Assembly (NCBI GenBank): GCA_965223295.1
Contig: CBDCWC010000002.1
Span: forward strand, 320,001 to 384,000
DNA length: 64,000 nucleotides
Direction of reading: 5' to 3'
Origin: Nitrospirales bacterium
Lineage (GTDB): Bacteria; Nitrospirota; Nitrospiria; Nitrospirales; UBA8639
Shown here: positions 30,159 through 40,558 of the stretch, one piece after another
How positions within the stretch are numbered: position 1 is the first letter of the stretch
Layout: the number at the start of each line of letters is the position of its first letter
Translations under genes and position numbers: made by a program
Notes under the pieces: generated by a model
What the model was told of the DNA's origin: nothing
Seen by the model: only the letters and a program-made list of their open reading frames with translations
The model's database searches: none

Positions 30159-30773
30159 TTACCAGTACCAATAAGGATCATGCCAGTAAAAACGGCCTCG
30201 TGGACCCCAGAAAGGATAGGCATAGGGATAAGGGCCCCAATACGGGTACGGATAGCTATAGCGGGGGTAGTTTGTCGAATGATCAGGCCAAATTTTGAGT
30301 TCTTGGATGATCAGGGTTGGGTAGGTGTAGTCTGTTTCATCAAGATCTTGCGTGACAGATCCTGACAACTCTCCAACGAGAGTGACGCGGGTGCCGGCAG
30401 GAACCGTAGCAGGATCCAAAAATTTCTTTTGATAGGCAATATACCGGCCTTGAGAATGGGTCAGATCGGTGGAGGGTTCGCGTTCTTGGACGAGAGGGAG
30501 TTGCAGGATGATCAACTCGGTAGAGTCCTGGAGTCGTTTTGCCGAAAGGATTTGGCCTCCCAAAATCACCATTTTTCCTTTATGGTCATCTGGAAAATTC
30601 TTAATTTCAGCAAAAGACAAGGAGTCATTGAGCTGATTGGCCAAATCGGGAGAAAGCGTGGCCTTGTAAGGCTTTACACACCCTGCTAAAAGGGCTAGAG
30701 CACTGAGTCCTACCACGAATCCAAAGAGGGAGGACAATACTGGGCGCCATCGGCTTGTGGTTGAATAGTTCAT
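30159..30773 (-). CDS. Slp-family outer membrane lipoprotein
   Basis: Lipobox LAGC; GKMVILGGQI; FLDPA...GTRVTLVGE; YTYP; Tyr/Pro/Trp-rich tail. Confidence 0.85.
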   Translation of the reverse strand: MNYSTTSRWRPVLSSLFGFVVGLSALALLAGCVKPYKATLSPDLANQLNDSLSFAEIKNFPDDHKGKMVILGGQILSAKRLQDSTELIILQLPLVQEREPSTDLTHSQGRYIAYQKKFLDPATVPAGTRVTLVGELSGSVTQDLDETDYTYPTLIIQELKIWPDHSTNYPRYSYPYPYWGPYPYAYPFWGPRGRFYWHDPYWYW

Positions 30774-30807
30774 CTGTCAGGCCTCAAGGAGGGTAGAATG
30801 ATCATGG

Positions 30808-31134
30808 TTAGGGCTTTTTCTTGGGAGTCGCAAAGTTGATTTCAGTGGCGACCCAATCTCGATCTTGAGGAAGCCCATTCTTTGTGACTTCCGCAACAAG
30901 GCGATCCCCAATTTTCGGACGAGCATCCTTGCTGTGAATGCCGTTGTGTTGAAACACCGTTTCGGGTCGAAACGCCAGAGAAACTTTTTGGCCCTTCGTG
31001 GTTGTCACGACCACATGATCTGTTTCCATGGAGATCACGGTTCCCATGACATGCGCAGCATCTCCGTGCCCCCAGGCAAAAGCGGGAAGTATGAGGATTG
31101 AAGCAAGAATCAACAGGCGAAAAGGCAACTTCAT
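30808..31134 (-). CDS. Small periplasmic protein with His residues at the mature N-terminus (possible metal-binding OB-fold)
   Basis: AAGGAG RBS; signal peptide, then HGDAAHVMGTV; KIGDRLVAE. Confidence 0.7.
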   Translation of the reverse strand: MKLPFRLLILASILILPAFAWGHGDAAHVMGTVISMETDHVVVTTTKGQKVSLAFRPETVFQHNGIHSKDARPKIGDRLVAEVTKNGLPQDRDWVATEINFATPKKKP

Positions 31135-31159
31135 TGAAATACTCCTTTTTGTAATCACA

Positions 31160-31768
31160 TTAATGATGATGGGGAGCGGCAGGTTCGACGTCTTCCCCAG
31201 ATAAAAATTTATCGAGCATATCTTGTTGTTCATATTCGGCACGAGTCATCGGATTGTCTCGTTTCATTTCAGCGATCTCTTCCGGGGTAATATCTGGAAG
31301 ATGCCGAATAAACCACACCAGTTTCCAGCTTTCTTGATCGTCTTCAGGTGGTCCTTTGCCCCAGGCAGGCATCCCGGTAAAGCGGACGCCGTAATGTATC
31401 ACGTAGAAAATTTCTCCATCGGCCATTGATTGAATGACGGGATCCCGGAGATCTGGAACTGGAGGGTAAAAGTTTGGTCCCATTGATGTTTTTCCGCTTC
31501 CATCATTTGCGTGGCAGGTTGCACAATGATCAGCAAAATGATGTCGAGCGTCCGCAAGAACTTCTGGAGTAGGAATGACAGGGTTTGACATCTTGAGAAA
31601 GCGACTGGGAGTTGCCAGGTGACGGACAAATCTTGCCATTTTGACTTCCCATTCGGGAGGAGTTCCTTTTGCGGAAAATGTGCCAGGCAGGAACCACAAG
31701 GCAGCTAAGATTCCTGCAATAAGGAAAACCAAACCAATGAAAAATAGCCGTTTAATTCGTCTTAACAT
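31160..31768 (-). CDS. Monoheme c-type cytochrome, membrane-anchored
   Basis: CATCH heme motif; GVRFTGMPAW (axial Met); C-terminal HHH. Confidence 0.88.
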   Translation of the reverse strand: MLRRIKRLFFIGLVFLIAGILAALWFLPGTFSAKGTPPEWEVKMARFVRHLATPSRFLKMSNPVIPTPEVLADARHHFADHCATCHANDGSGKTSMGPNFYPPVPDLRDPVIQSMADGEIFYVIHYGVRFTGMPAWGKGPPEDDQESWKLVWFIRHLPDITPEEIAEMKRDNPMTRAEYEQQDMLDKFLSGEDVEPAAPHHH

Positions 31769-31944
31769 TACACTCCTGTATGCTTTAGTGTACCTGGTCC
31801 GAGAATTTCGTTACAAGCAGCCATGAGTACGAGACAATACATGGGTACAAACCAGATGGAATAGCTCGGCTATTGTACCATAGCGAGATGGCTGATCTTG
31901 GGAAGTCTTGATATCCCTTTCCTCTCATATATGGCGCATACATC

Positions 31945-33519
31945 GTGAATGAAATTTCGACAACATGGGTACAAGGGCTGAAAAACCCGAAATGTTACTC
32001 GCATTCGGTTGATCAGGTGAGACTGGTAGAAACCCATATTTCTTGGGTGGTATTAACCGGACGGTATGCCTACAAAATTAAAAAACCCGTCGCGTTTTCG
32101 TTTGTGGATTTTTTGACATTGGAAAAGCGTCGGTGGTTTTGTGAGGAAGAAATACGCCTGAATCGTCGATTGGCGCCTGATGTGTACCTGGGGACCGTTC
32201 CTATTTCGGGATCGCCTACTCACCCTCACATTGATGGTCAAGGGCCGCCTTTTGAGTTCGCAGTCAAGATGAAACAATTCTCGTCCGAATCAGAGATGCA
32301 CGAAATTTTGTTTGGTGGAAAAACGGCTGAAAGCACGATTATTCAATTGGCAGATAGGATAGCAATATTTCATGCAGAAATTGACAAGTCCAAAGAGGAC
32401 TCATCCTATGGAAATCCCGATAGGGTTTGGCAAGCCATAAAAGAGTGTTTTGAGGAAATACCCCTCCATTTCCTGAGTCACACGACTCAGAAATGTATGA
32501 CAACAATCAATAGTTGGTTACAGGAAGAATGGCATCGTGTGCACGATGTTTTCCTTCAGCGGAAAAAAACTGGCTTTGTCCGAGAATGTCATGGTGACCT
32601 CCATTTAGGAAATCTTGCCATATTCGAAGGGAACGTATGCGTGTTTGATGCCTTGGAATTTGAGCCGCGTTTGCGCTGGATTGATGTCATGAGTGAGATA
32701 GCCTTTTTAGTGATGGATTTACAAAAAAACGGGCGTTGGGATTTAGCCTTTGTGTTGTTGAATCGCTATGTGGAACAGACGGGGGACTATTATGGCTTGG
32801 CTGTTTTCCGGTTGTATCAGGTCTATCGAGCATTGGTTCGAGCCAAGGTAACTGGTCTACGAATAATGCAGTTAGAAAATCAAAACAAGGACTCGAAACG
32901 AGTTCGCCAAGAGATGGTGGCCTATCTTGATTTAGCGAATCAACTGATCAAGCCACCTGCACCCTTCTTGCTCCTGATGCATGGTGTCTCTGGAGCAGGC
33001 AAGACAACTCTATCGATAGAGGTCATTAAGAGCTTAGGCAGCATTCGCATTCGGTCTGATGTTGAACGAAAGAGGTTGGGTTCGGACAATAGAACTACAA
33101 ACTCAGAGGCAAAGGTGGAAGCGGATTTGTATACCTCAGGCATGACCCAGCGTACGTACGATCGGTTGCAGGAGTTAGCAGGAACGCTTTTGCAGAATGG
33201 GTATTCAGTGGTCGTTGATGCAGCCTTTCTTCGACAATATCAGCGACATCCATTCATACTATTAGCAAAAGAGCGAGGCTGGCCTTTTATCATTTTAGAC
33301 GTCGTTGCTCCCCAGACGGTTTTGGCACAGCGAATCAAGGGGCGTTTGCAAGAAGGGCAAGATGCGTCTGATGCCACGGTTGAAATAATGGAACATCAAC
33401 AGGAAGCCATGGAGTCTTTTATGCCAGCAGAACAATCACATGTAATTCGTGTGGATTCAACCGACCCAGAGTCAATTGTATTGGCCATCAAAAAACTGAA
33501 AAGAATACTTGAAGGTTGA
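31945..33519 (+). CDS. Aminoglycoside phosphotransferase-like domain fused to a P-loop kinase (Rv2004c-like)
   Basis: ETHISWV, YKIKKPV, ECHGDLHLGN, FDALEF; GVSGAGKT; RSDVERK; DASDAT. Confidence 0.88.
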   Translation: MNEISTTWVQGLKNPKCYSHSVDQVRLVETHISWVVLTGRYAYKIKKPVAFSFVDFLTLEKRRWFCEEEIRLNRRLAPDVYLGTVPISGSPTHPHIDGQGPPFEFAVKMKQFSSESEMHEILFGGKTAESTIIQLADRIAIFHAEIDKSKEDSSYGNPDRVWQAIKECFEEIPLHFLSHTTQKCMTTINSWLQEEWHRVHDVFLQRKKTGFVRECHGDLHLGNLAIFEGNVCVFDALEFEPRLRWIDVMSEIAFLVMDLQKNGRWDLAFVLLNRYVEQTGDYYGLAVFRLYQVYRALVRAKVTGLRIMQLENQNKDSKRVRQEMVAYLDLANQLIKPPAPFLLLMHGVSGAGKTTLSIEVIKSLGSIRIRSDVERKRLGSDNRTTNSEAKVEADLYTSGMTQRTYDRLQELAGTLLQNGYSVVVDAAFLRQYQRHPFILLAKERGWPFIILDVVAPQTVLAQRIKGRLQEGQDASDATVEIMEHQQEAMESFMPAEQSHVIRVDSTDPESIVLAIKKLKRILEG

Positions 33520-34224
33520 ATTGTCAAAAATCGGGAATCTCTTATGGCTAACAAGATCTTTTGCTTATTTTATGCCATTAGCGCGGATGTTGTGGAGCTA
33601 TCTAAAGGATGCCCAACCTTGTTATTGAGATGGATTGGTTGAGTGTGGGATGTAGAAAAGTATTGTGAGTTCTCTCATATGTCCGCAGCTCGTTAAATCA
33701 AATCTACGACCTTTCTTTTCACCAGGTCTCTTTCCTATCCGTCACATAGTCTTGTCGTGCGCCCGTTTCTTTGGCTCGAAGCGCAGAGTTATGAGACAAC
33801 AAGAGCAGGACGGGATCTGTTGCAATTCCTTCTAGCTTATGTGCCGGCGATGAACGGGTGGTCGTATACATAGTCTATGGGATTCCTTGGAATGGAGTGA
33901 CTGATTCTATTGTGCCTTGAGGAATTGAAAGAAACACGCTCAGTATTGAACTGGGTAAGAAAAGAAAGGGAGAGGTTGGAACTCTTAGATATTGAGGATT
34001 ATTCATGTGTGCCTACAGCTATGAGTATCGTGTCTTACAAGCCCACTATGCATCTAACCATTTTTTGAATGATTTCTGACTCGGGCCTGTCATGTCTGGA
34101 CGCTCCCTAGCGGTACTCTTCTTTCCCGGATAACCTCAAACATTTTCTTGTATAGAAGAGAGACATTATGGTTCACTGATGACAAGAGAAATACTTGCTT
34201 CATTCTTTCCTTTAAATTCACGAT

Positions 34225-36282
34225 ATGGAGGCGACTATTTCATCTGTTCTTTCAACTGACCGTTTGTACAAGACTTTGCTGAGTGTTGCCGAGGTTATTG
34301 CGGTTAATCGGGATCTTCCTGCATTGTTTGAGGCCCTTGCACGGCATATTCCGCAGGTGGTCCATGTGGATTTTCTTGCGTTGGCCCTTCATCACCCTGA
34401 ACGACAGATCATTCAAGATTATATTATCCAAGCAAATGTACCTGCTGATATTGAAGGAAAAAAGGAATGGAGTATAGATAGCCATCCGGCAGGCACCGTG
34501 GTGCAAAGTCAGGAGCCGGTTTTAGTCTCCGATCTCACGATCGATCAACGCTACCCTGACGTGTTTTCCTATATGCGAAAAGATAGGGTAAAGTCCCTGT
34601 GTGCGCTTCCGTTGACGACTGCCGTGAGGCCTTTGGGGGCCTTGATTTTTGCCAGTCGTGAAAAAGGAACTTACCGTGAATCAGATGTTGATTTTCTTTC
34701 ACAAATGGCAAAGCATATTGCGGTAGCCATCGATAATGTTCTTCACGTCCAGGAACTCACCAAAGAACGGGATTGCTCGCGCCTTTTGTTGGAAGTCAAT
34801 AATGCCGTGGTTTCTAATCTAGAGCTAGACGAACTCTTCTCGTCCATTTGCACGTCATTGCGTCGGGTTATCCCTCATCAAATTACCAGTTTGTATCGAT
34901 ATCTGCCTGAAACACATTCCTTCACAAGGCATGTCTTAGATGCGTCAAGTACAAAGGGTGTCCTTCAACCAGGAGAGAGTATTGGCTTTGATGAATTGCC
35001 AGCAGGCCAAGCGGTTTACAACCGTGCGGCTATCGTGATGAATGAGGCAGAGCTAAAAGACAATCAATCACCTACGGCGCAGCAATTGTTAGCTGAAGGT
35101 ATGAAAACCTGTTTTTATGCTCCTCTTGTTGTGCGAGATGAAGTAATCGGCACATTGAACATGGCGAGTTCTCAGGAAGGAGTGTTTAGTGAGGAAGCCT
35201 CCGAATTACTTATGCAAGTGGTCAAACAAATTGCTATTGCGTTCGATAACGCCTTGGCCTACGAAAAAATTCAGACATTAAAAGAAGAACTCGCACAAGA
35301 GAATGTGTATTTAAAAGAAGAGATTCGGACGGAGCAGAATTTTGAGGACATTATTGGAGAGAGTGCCGAACTGAAGGAGGTGCTCCAGCAATTGGAAATC
35401 GTAGCTCCTACGGACTCAACCGTATTGATTCAGGGGGAAACGGGAACAGGAAAGGAGTTGATTGCACGGGCTCTGCATCAACTGAGTTCTCGCAAAGAAC
35501 GGGCGTTTGTCAAGCTGAACTGTGCAGCGATTCCGACAGGTTTATTAGAAAGCGAATTATTTGGGCATGAAAAAGGAGCATTTACCGGAGCCATTGCGAC
35601 GAAAGTTGGCCGATTTGAGCTTGCCCATCGGGGGACAATTTTCCTGGACGAAGTCGGTGAAATTCCTTTGGAGCTGCAATCCAAGTTGTTACGCGTCCTG
35701 CAAGAGCAAGAGTTTGAACGTTTGGGAAGTACGCGCACGATTCAAGTGGATGTGCGCTTGGTGGCGGCGACTAATCGTGATTTGCCCAAAATGGTTGAGA
35801 CTGGACAATTTCGAAGCGATTTGTATTATCGGTTGAGTGTGTTTCCTTTAACGATTCCCGCTCTTCGTCAACGTGTGAAAGACATCCCTATCCTGGTTCG
35901 CTACTTTACCCAACGTTATGCCCAGCGCATGAATAAAACAATTAGCACCATTCCAAGCAAGGCGATGGAAATACTGTCACGCTATCATTGGCCTGGTAAC
36001 ATTCGTGAGTTAGAAAACCTGATCGAACGGGCTGTGATCCTGACGCAAGGTGAAGCACTTGTCATTCCTTTGGCAGAACTCAAAGCGGCACCGCAATTTA
36101 CGAAGCTATCTCCTCAGCCCACCGACACGTTGCAAAACGTCGAACATGATCATATCCTTCAAGCCCTTCGTGAAACGAAATGGGTTGTCGGCGGAGCGGC
36201 CGGGGCAGCCCATCGATTAGGTATGAAGCGAACGACCCTGATCTCAAAAATGAAAAAGCTGAATATCTCCCGCCCACAATAG
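34225..36282 (+). CDS. FhlA-like sigma-54-dependent activator (GAF-GAF-AAA-HTH)
   Basis: Two GAF-like domains; [36 protein letters not shown]. Confidence 0.92.
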   Translation: MEATISSVLSTDRLYKTLLSVAEVIAVNRDLPALFEALARHIPQVVHVDFLALALHHPERQIIQDYIIQANVPADIEGKKEWSIDSHPAGTVVQSQEPVLVSDLTIDQRYPDVFSYMRKDRVKSLCALPLTTAVRPLGALIFASREKGTYRESDVDFLSQMAKHIAVAIDNVLHVQELTKERDCSRLLLEVNNAVVSNLELDELFSSICTSLRRVIPHQITSLYRYLPETHSFTRHVLDASSTKGVLQPGESIGFDELPAGQAVYNRAAIVMNEAELKDNQSPTAQQLLAEGMKTCFYAPLVVRDEVIGTLNMASSQEGVFSEEASELLMQVVKQIAIAFDNALAYEKIQTLKEELAQENVYLKEEIRTEQNFEDIIGESAELKEVLQQLEIVAPTDSTVLIQGETGTGKELIARALHQLSSRKERAFVKLNCAAIPTGLLESELFGHEKGAFTGAIATKVGRFELAHRGTIFLDEVGEIPLELQSKLLRVLQEQEFERLGSTRTIQVDVRLVAATNRDLPKMVETGQFRSDLYYRLSVFPLTIPALRQRVKDIPILVRYFTQRYAQRMNKTISTIPSKAMEILSRYHWPGNIRELENLIERAVILTQGEALVIPLAELKAAPQFTKLSPQPTDTLQNVEHDHILQALRETKWVVGGAAGAAHRLGMKRTTLISKMKKLNISRPQ

Positions 36283-36287
36283 TTCTT

Positions 36288-36336
36288 GTGTCGTCGCATC
36301 ATCATTTGTCGATATATCGTCATTGATAGTTCGACA
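36288..36336 (+). promoter_or_regulatory. Putative upstream activator sequence, copy 1
   Basis: GTGTCGTCGCATCATCATTTGTCGATATATCGTCAT...TTCGACA, near-identical to 38743-38792. Confidence 0.7.
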
Positions 36337-36416
36337 TACTTCCTGTTTCTTGTTTTCTTCTGATTTAAAAGCCAGTAAAAACAAGTAGTTAGGAATGAGT
36401 GTGGGCTCTTAGGAGT

Positions 36417-36431
36417 TGGAATGGCCTTTGC
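36417..36431 (+). promoter_or_regulatory. Sigma-54 promoter
   Basis: TGGAATGGCCTTTGC (GG-N10-GC), 129 bp after the start of UAS copy 1; IHF-like AAACAAGTAGTTA at 36379-36391. Confidence 0.7.
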
Positions 36432-36472
36432 GATGTTCTGGACAGAATATACATTCAAACCAGGAGGTCATC

Positions 36473-36955
36473 ATGAGAAAAGGCATTCATATCATCAGTC
36501 GGTTATTCGCAGTAGCGGGGCTTACTGTTTTGGGACTGAGTATTCCGGCTTGGGCTGTTGAAGAGCCAGCGAACGGCTTGAACCAACTCATCCAAGGATT
36601 CCAAACAGAATGGAGACAACCAGTCTCCTCGGTGATCGAAAAGAGTCCATCCGAGTTCACAGAGTTGAATGTGAATCTCTCAGACATTGGTGGCTCACAT
36701 TTTCATGCCCGAGGTGTTTTTGGTCAATAGATGCAAGAATCCGCAGAGGTGACAAGGCCGATGGATATCAACTTGATGAGGCCACCTGCCTTCTCCTCAT
36801 GGGTAGACAAAGCAGAAACGAAGTTCCCTGCCAGTCGTGTTGGTTCGAAGAAGTCCGTGCTTGGGAAATTGTTCTCCAAAGTAGAGTTTTTACCAAATCG
36901 CTTCACTGTGGCCAGATCAAACAATCCAGAGGGAATGGTGTTGTTTGCATTCTAA
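36473..36955 (+). pseudogene. Exported protein gene split by an in-frame TAG (36728-36730), or two abutting small ORFs
   Basis: CAGGAGG RBS and signal peptide (…IPAWA); TAG is immediately followed in frame by ATG 36731, which has no RBS. Confidence 0.5.
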
Positions 36956-37056
36956 GGCCGCAAGTGGGTCTTTGAAAAAAATATTGTATTGCAACTGCAA
37001 CGATTCTACATTGAATGCACATTATTCAATCATCTATCCATGAGGGAGCTGTAGAC

Positions 37057-37740
37057 ATGAAGGAAATGACTATCATCGTGAGCCTCTTGGGGCTAGGACT
37101 TTTAGTGACTGTTCTGGCGTTTGGGAAACCTGGCCTTTCCCTGAGCGATCAAGAACACCGTTTGTTTGAGGCTGTCGCCAACAATGATGTACTCACGGTG
37201 CAGACCTTAGTGAAGAATGGCGTGAATATCAACACACAGGATGTTCGAGGGCGCACTGCTTTATTGGTCGCAGTCGAGAAGCATGATGTTGAGAGCGCGA
37301 AGGTTTTACTCGATGCAGGCGCGGATGTGAATATTCAAGATCAAAAACAAGATAGTCCGCTCTTATTAGCTGGAGCTGAAGGCATGGTCGACATCATGAA
37401 ACTCATGCTGAAAGCGAAACCAGACTTTACGCTGTATAATCGCTTCGGTGGCACCTCGCTCGTTCCGGCTGCTGAGCGGGGTCATGTGAAGATGGTGAAA
37501 TTGTTAGTGAATACAAAAGTCGATATCGACCATGTCAATCATCTGGGCTGGACAGCCTTGTTAGAGGCCATTGTCCTGAGTGATGGGGGGGCGCGTCATC
37601 AACAAATTGTCCAGATTCTGGTAGATGCCGGAGCGAATGTGAATATTGCTGATAAGGAAGGTGTCACTCCCTTGCAGCATGCCCGACAAAAAGGGTTTCA
37701 AGAGATTGTCAAGATTTTAGAATTGGCTGGAGCCAAATAG
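37057..37740 (+). CDS. Exported ankyrin-repeat protein
   Basis: GRTALLVAV, DSPLLLAG, GWTALLEAI and GVTPLQHA repeats; N-terminal hydrophobic segment. Confidence 0.9.
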   Translation: MKEMTIIVSLLGLGLLVTVLAFGKPGLSLSDQEHRLFEAVANNDVLTVQTLVKNGVNINTQDVRGRTALLVAVEKHDVESAKVLLDAGADVNIQDQKQDSPLLLAGAEGMVDIMKLMLKAKPDFTLYNRFGGTSLVPAAERGHVKMVKLLVNTKVDIDHVNHLGWTALLEAIVLSDGGARHQQIVQILVDAGANVNIADKEGVTPLQHARQKGFQEIVKILELAGAK

Positions 37741-37791
37741 TCAGAACAGCACAGCATAACTTTTTATCTTACAAGGAGGATCAAACAAACG

Positions 37792-38319
37792 GTGAACACA
37801 CAACGAATCACTGCAAAACTTGGCTTGCTCACTTGTTGTTTCGCGGGACTGATGATTGGGCAGGCCCAAGCGGCGGACTTACCGAAAGAAAGTGTACTGC
37901 CGCTGGCCATGGCAACGAAGGCCGCGCATGCAACCGTCGATAAATGTTTAGCTGATGGCTACCGGGTTAGCGTGACGGTCGTAGACCAAGGTGGAAATAT
38001 TCGTGCCGTCTTACGACAGGATGGCACCGGGCCACACACGCTCGAAAGCAGCCGGAAGAAAGCCTATACCTCAGCCAGTATGAAACAGCCCACGGCGAAG
38101 CTCGCCGACTTAATAGCAAAGATGCCAGCGCTTCAAGGTTTGCAACGCATGAATGACCATATGCTGCTATTAGCTGGCGGGTTGCCGATTAAATTCGGTG
38201 ATGCCGTGGTTGGCGGGATTGGTGTGGGTGGCGCACCGGGCGGCCATCTAGATGCAGCTTGCGCACAGGCAGGTCTCGATAGTATCGGTGCCGCGCCACA
38301 GCTTGAGGCGAAAAAATAA
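37792..38319 (+). CDS. GlcG/HbpS-family heme-binding protein, exported
   Basis: VSVTVVDQGG, SRKKAYTS, AGGLPI...VVGGIGVGGAPGGHLDAACA; signal peptide AQA. Confidence 0.9.
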   Translation: MNTQRITAKLGLLTCCFAGLMIGQAQAADLPKESVLPLAMATKAAHATVDKCLADGYRVSVTVVDQGGNIRAVLRQDGTGPHTLESSRKKAYTSASMKQPTAKLADLIAKMPALQGLQRMNDHMLLLAGGLPIKFGDAVVGGIGVGGAPGGHLDAACAQAGLDSIGAAPQLEAKK

Positions 38320-38352
38320 ATTTCAGAAACTTTATAAGATCGTTAAATAAGG

Positions 38353-38389
38353 AAGAGGCGGCTCTATTGAGGCCGCCTCTTTTTTTTTT
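38353..38389 (+). terminator. Rho-independent terminator
   Basis: AAGAGGCGGC/GCCGCCTCTT stem followed by a T run. Confidence 0.85.
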
Positions 38390-38511
38390 GAGAACAAGTG
38401 TCGTAACACCATTTCTCACTCGGAGTGTTGAATAATGTGTGAAAACTTGTACTTCCGTTGACAGACAGTGTCAGGTTCATTGCTCTCTGACGTGTTAACG
38501 AGTTTTTCTCT

Positions 38512-38589
38512 GGTCATGCCCGCAGTACGAAGCGGGCATCCAGTCCTCTCTTGTCGTCAACCTGGATTCCCGCCTTCGCGGGAATGACC
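38512..38589. repeat. REP-like paired palindrome (GTCATGCCCGC...GCGGGCATCCAG ... CTGGATTCCCGCCTTCGCGGGAATGAC)
   Basis: Two inverted hairpin units of the widespread GTCATTCCCGCG...GCGGGAATCCAG type. Confidence 0.75.
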
Positions 38590-38742
38590 TGGCTCCCAAA
38601 CTCCTATGGCTCCTGTCTTAAACCTTATTGAACATTGTCAGAGAGATGAAATATAAGTTTCTACAAATAATGAGGATATCAAAGGCTGCATTTCGCCATA
38701 ACACCCTTGCCGATCAACAGACCTTTGCTTGATTTATTTGCC

Positions 38743-38792
38743 GTGTCGTCTCATCATCATTCGTCGATATGTCGTCATGTCTTTGTTCGACA
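38743..38792 (+). promoter_or_regulatory. Putative upstream activator sequence, copy 2
   Basis: GTGTCGTCTCATCATCATTCGTCGATATGTCGTCAT...TTCGACA. Confidence 0.7.
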
Positions 38793-38872
38793 CACGCTTC
38801 TTGCCGTTTTGGCAATCTAGAAAAACCTCCATTCATTTAAGTGTTTGTAGATAATCTAGTACTCTGTGGCCT

Positions 38873-38887
38873 TGGCATGCCTTATGC
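38873..38887 (+). promoter_or_regulatory. Sigma-54 promoter
   Basis: TGGCATGCCTTATGC, 130 bp after the start of UAS copy 2. Confidence 0.7.
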
Positions 38888-38969
38888 GTGGTTTAAACAT
38901 GAGAAGGGCAACAAGATCAAGAGTATGAAACCCACATCTTAGACACTTTTATCTACAGGAGGCAAAATC

Positions 38970-39467
38970 ATGAAAGCATTTTTTCAAACAGATGACAGAT
39001 GGACCGGGTTGATCTTACGAGTCATGTTGGCCGTGGTTATTTTCCCTCATGGTGCCCAAAAGCTGTTGGGATGGTTTGGTGGAAACGGGTTTGAGGGAAC
39101 TATGGGATTTTTCACACAGCAAGGGATGCCATGGTTAATCGCATTCTTAGTCATTATTGGTGAGGCGCTGGGAGCGGTGGCATTAGTGCTGGGGTTCCTG
39201 ACTCGATTTTCGGCAGGAAGTATTGGAATCATTATGCTGGGCGCTATTGCAATGGTGCATTGGCCACATGGATTCTTTATGAATTGGTTTGGTCAACAGG
39301 CAGGGGAGGGATTTGAATTTCATCTCTTAGTGATTGGCATGACTCTCGCTTTAATCGTCAATGGTGCTGGAAAGTGGTCAGTTGATGGCGTAATTGCACA
39401 AAAATTCAGTGCGTCTTCATTCGAAAACAATGATGTCGGTCAAAAATTGGCCACATCAGCGGCCTAA
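38970..39467 (+). CDS. DoxX-family membrane protein
   Basis: LILRV...[35 protein letters not shown]. Confidence 0.92.
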   Translation: MKAFFQTDDRWTGLILRVMLAVVIFPHGAQKLLGWFGGNGFEGTMGFFTQQGMPWLIAFLVIIGEALGAVALVLGFLTRFSAGSIGIIMLGAIAMVHWPHGFFMNWFGQQAGEGFEFHLLVIGMTLALIVNGAGKWSVDGVIAQKFSASSFENNDVGQKLATSAA

Positions 39468-39489
39468 TTTATATGGGAAGAAAACGCAT

Positions 39490-39720
39490 ATGCTTCGCTT
39501 GACTCTCGAAAAACCTTCTTCTGGATCAACCCTTACACTCGAAGGACGATTGGTTGGTCCGTCCAGTCCGGCCCTGAGCTTGTCGAAGCGAAGGCCACGG
39601 CCATTGTGGGAGAGGTCACCGCGAGAGCATCGCAGGATTCGAAACAGAAACCTATGGCCTTGTCCCGACATAATCTCTATCGCAACTTCTGTACGCTTGA
39701 TCATGGTGAGTTTGTTTACG
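39490..39720 (+). pseudogene. Remnant of a small STAS-like protein disrupted near a short repeat insertion; end approximate
   Basis: MLRLTLEK...TLTLEGRLVGP N-terminus, then CCCTGAGCTTGTCGAAG repeat and loss of similarity. Confidence 0.45.
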
Positions 39721-39751
39721 AAATCACCTGTGGAGAAAAGGAGTGAGTGGT

Positions 39752-39952
39752 ATGAAGCATTTTATTGCTATGCTTATACTGACCTTCTTCACATCCAGCA
39801 TGGCCGTCACCAAAGATCTTCCTCCCAACACGGCAAAGATCGTGTACGTTCATGCTGGTCCCGAAGTGATCAGGACACAACTAATGCGATCGCCTGTGCC
39901 GTATGCGGGCTTTAGCCAAAGTGACCTGCATGATGCCCTAGCTTCAAATTAG
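39752..39952 (+). CDS. Small hypothetical exported protein (66 aa)
   Basis: AAGGAG RBS; signal peptide MKHFIAMLILTFFTSSMA. Confidence 0.45.
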   Translation: MKHFIAMLILTFFTSSMAVTKDLPPNTAKIVYVHAGPEVIRTQLMRSPVPYAGFSQSDLHDALASN

Positions 39953-40004
39953 CGGGCGGCCACCACTCAAAAATAACGAACGCTCTGGAGAGAAAGGAGG
40001 CGTT

Positions 40005-40451
40005 ATGAAAACACAATATTTGGGACATGTCGTGTTTTATGTCAAAGATTTGGAACAGTCGCTCAAATTTTATCGAGACCTTTTAGGATTTCAAGAAGTT
40101 GGACGTGTGTTTGAGGGAAAGGCTGTGGCTTTAACCACGGGCCGGACTCACCAGGAGCTGCTCTTGATTCAAGTGGGTGATGTCCCAGGGCCTGCATCTG
40201 GTTTGCGTCGAGGCCTGTACCATATTGGGCTTAAGATTGGTGATAGCCTAGATGAACTCCGGTCTGCTAAAAAAGAAATTGAACAAGCTGGAATTTCAAT
40301 TTCTGGAATGAGCGATCATACGGTAAGTCAGAGTCTCTATCTTCATGATCCTGATAGAAATGAAGTCGAGTTGTATGTTGATGATCCGGCAAGCGATTGG
40401 CAGAGGAATCCCATGTTGGTCTTATCGCCTATTAAGCCTCTTGTGTTGTAA
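40005..40451 (+). CDS. VOC-family (glyoxalase/catechol dioxygenase-like) protein
   Basis: LGHVVFYVKDL, GLYHIGLKI, SDHTVSQSLYLHDPDRNEVELY. Confidence 0.9.
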   Translation: MKTQYLGHVVFYVKDLEQSLKFYRDLLGFQEVGRVFEGKAVALTTGRTHQELLLIQVGDVPGPASGLRRGLYHIGLKIGDSLDELRSAKKEIEQAGISISGMSDHTVSQSLYLHDPDRNEVELYVDDPASDWQRNPMLVLSPIKPLVL

Positions 40452-40558
40452 GCAATCGTGTGATGATTCTAGACGCCGGATGGCGGTTGAAGGGTTTGAA
40501 TGAAAATTTCGGCAATAGAACACGCTCATCTAGTTCAATTTTTTACACAGGCCATCTT

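Noticed and set aside
33664-33679. CRP/FNR-like site TGTGA-N6-TCATA
   Set aside because: Single imperfect match ~545 bp from the next start codon, with no supporting promoter
33900-34110. Possible universal stress protein remnant on the minus strand (RHDRPESEII...ILIAVGTHE)
   Set aside because: Similarity is faint and broken by stops; it needs TBLASTN or HMM support
39394-39915. 173-aa ORF as a real gene
   Set aside because: It overlaps doxX and the 39752 ORF; better explained as a STAS remnant plus read-through
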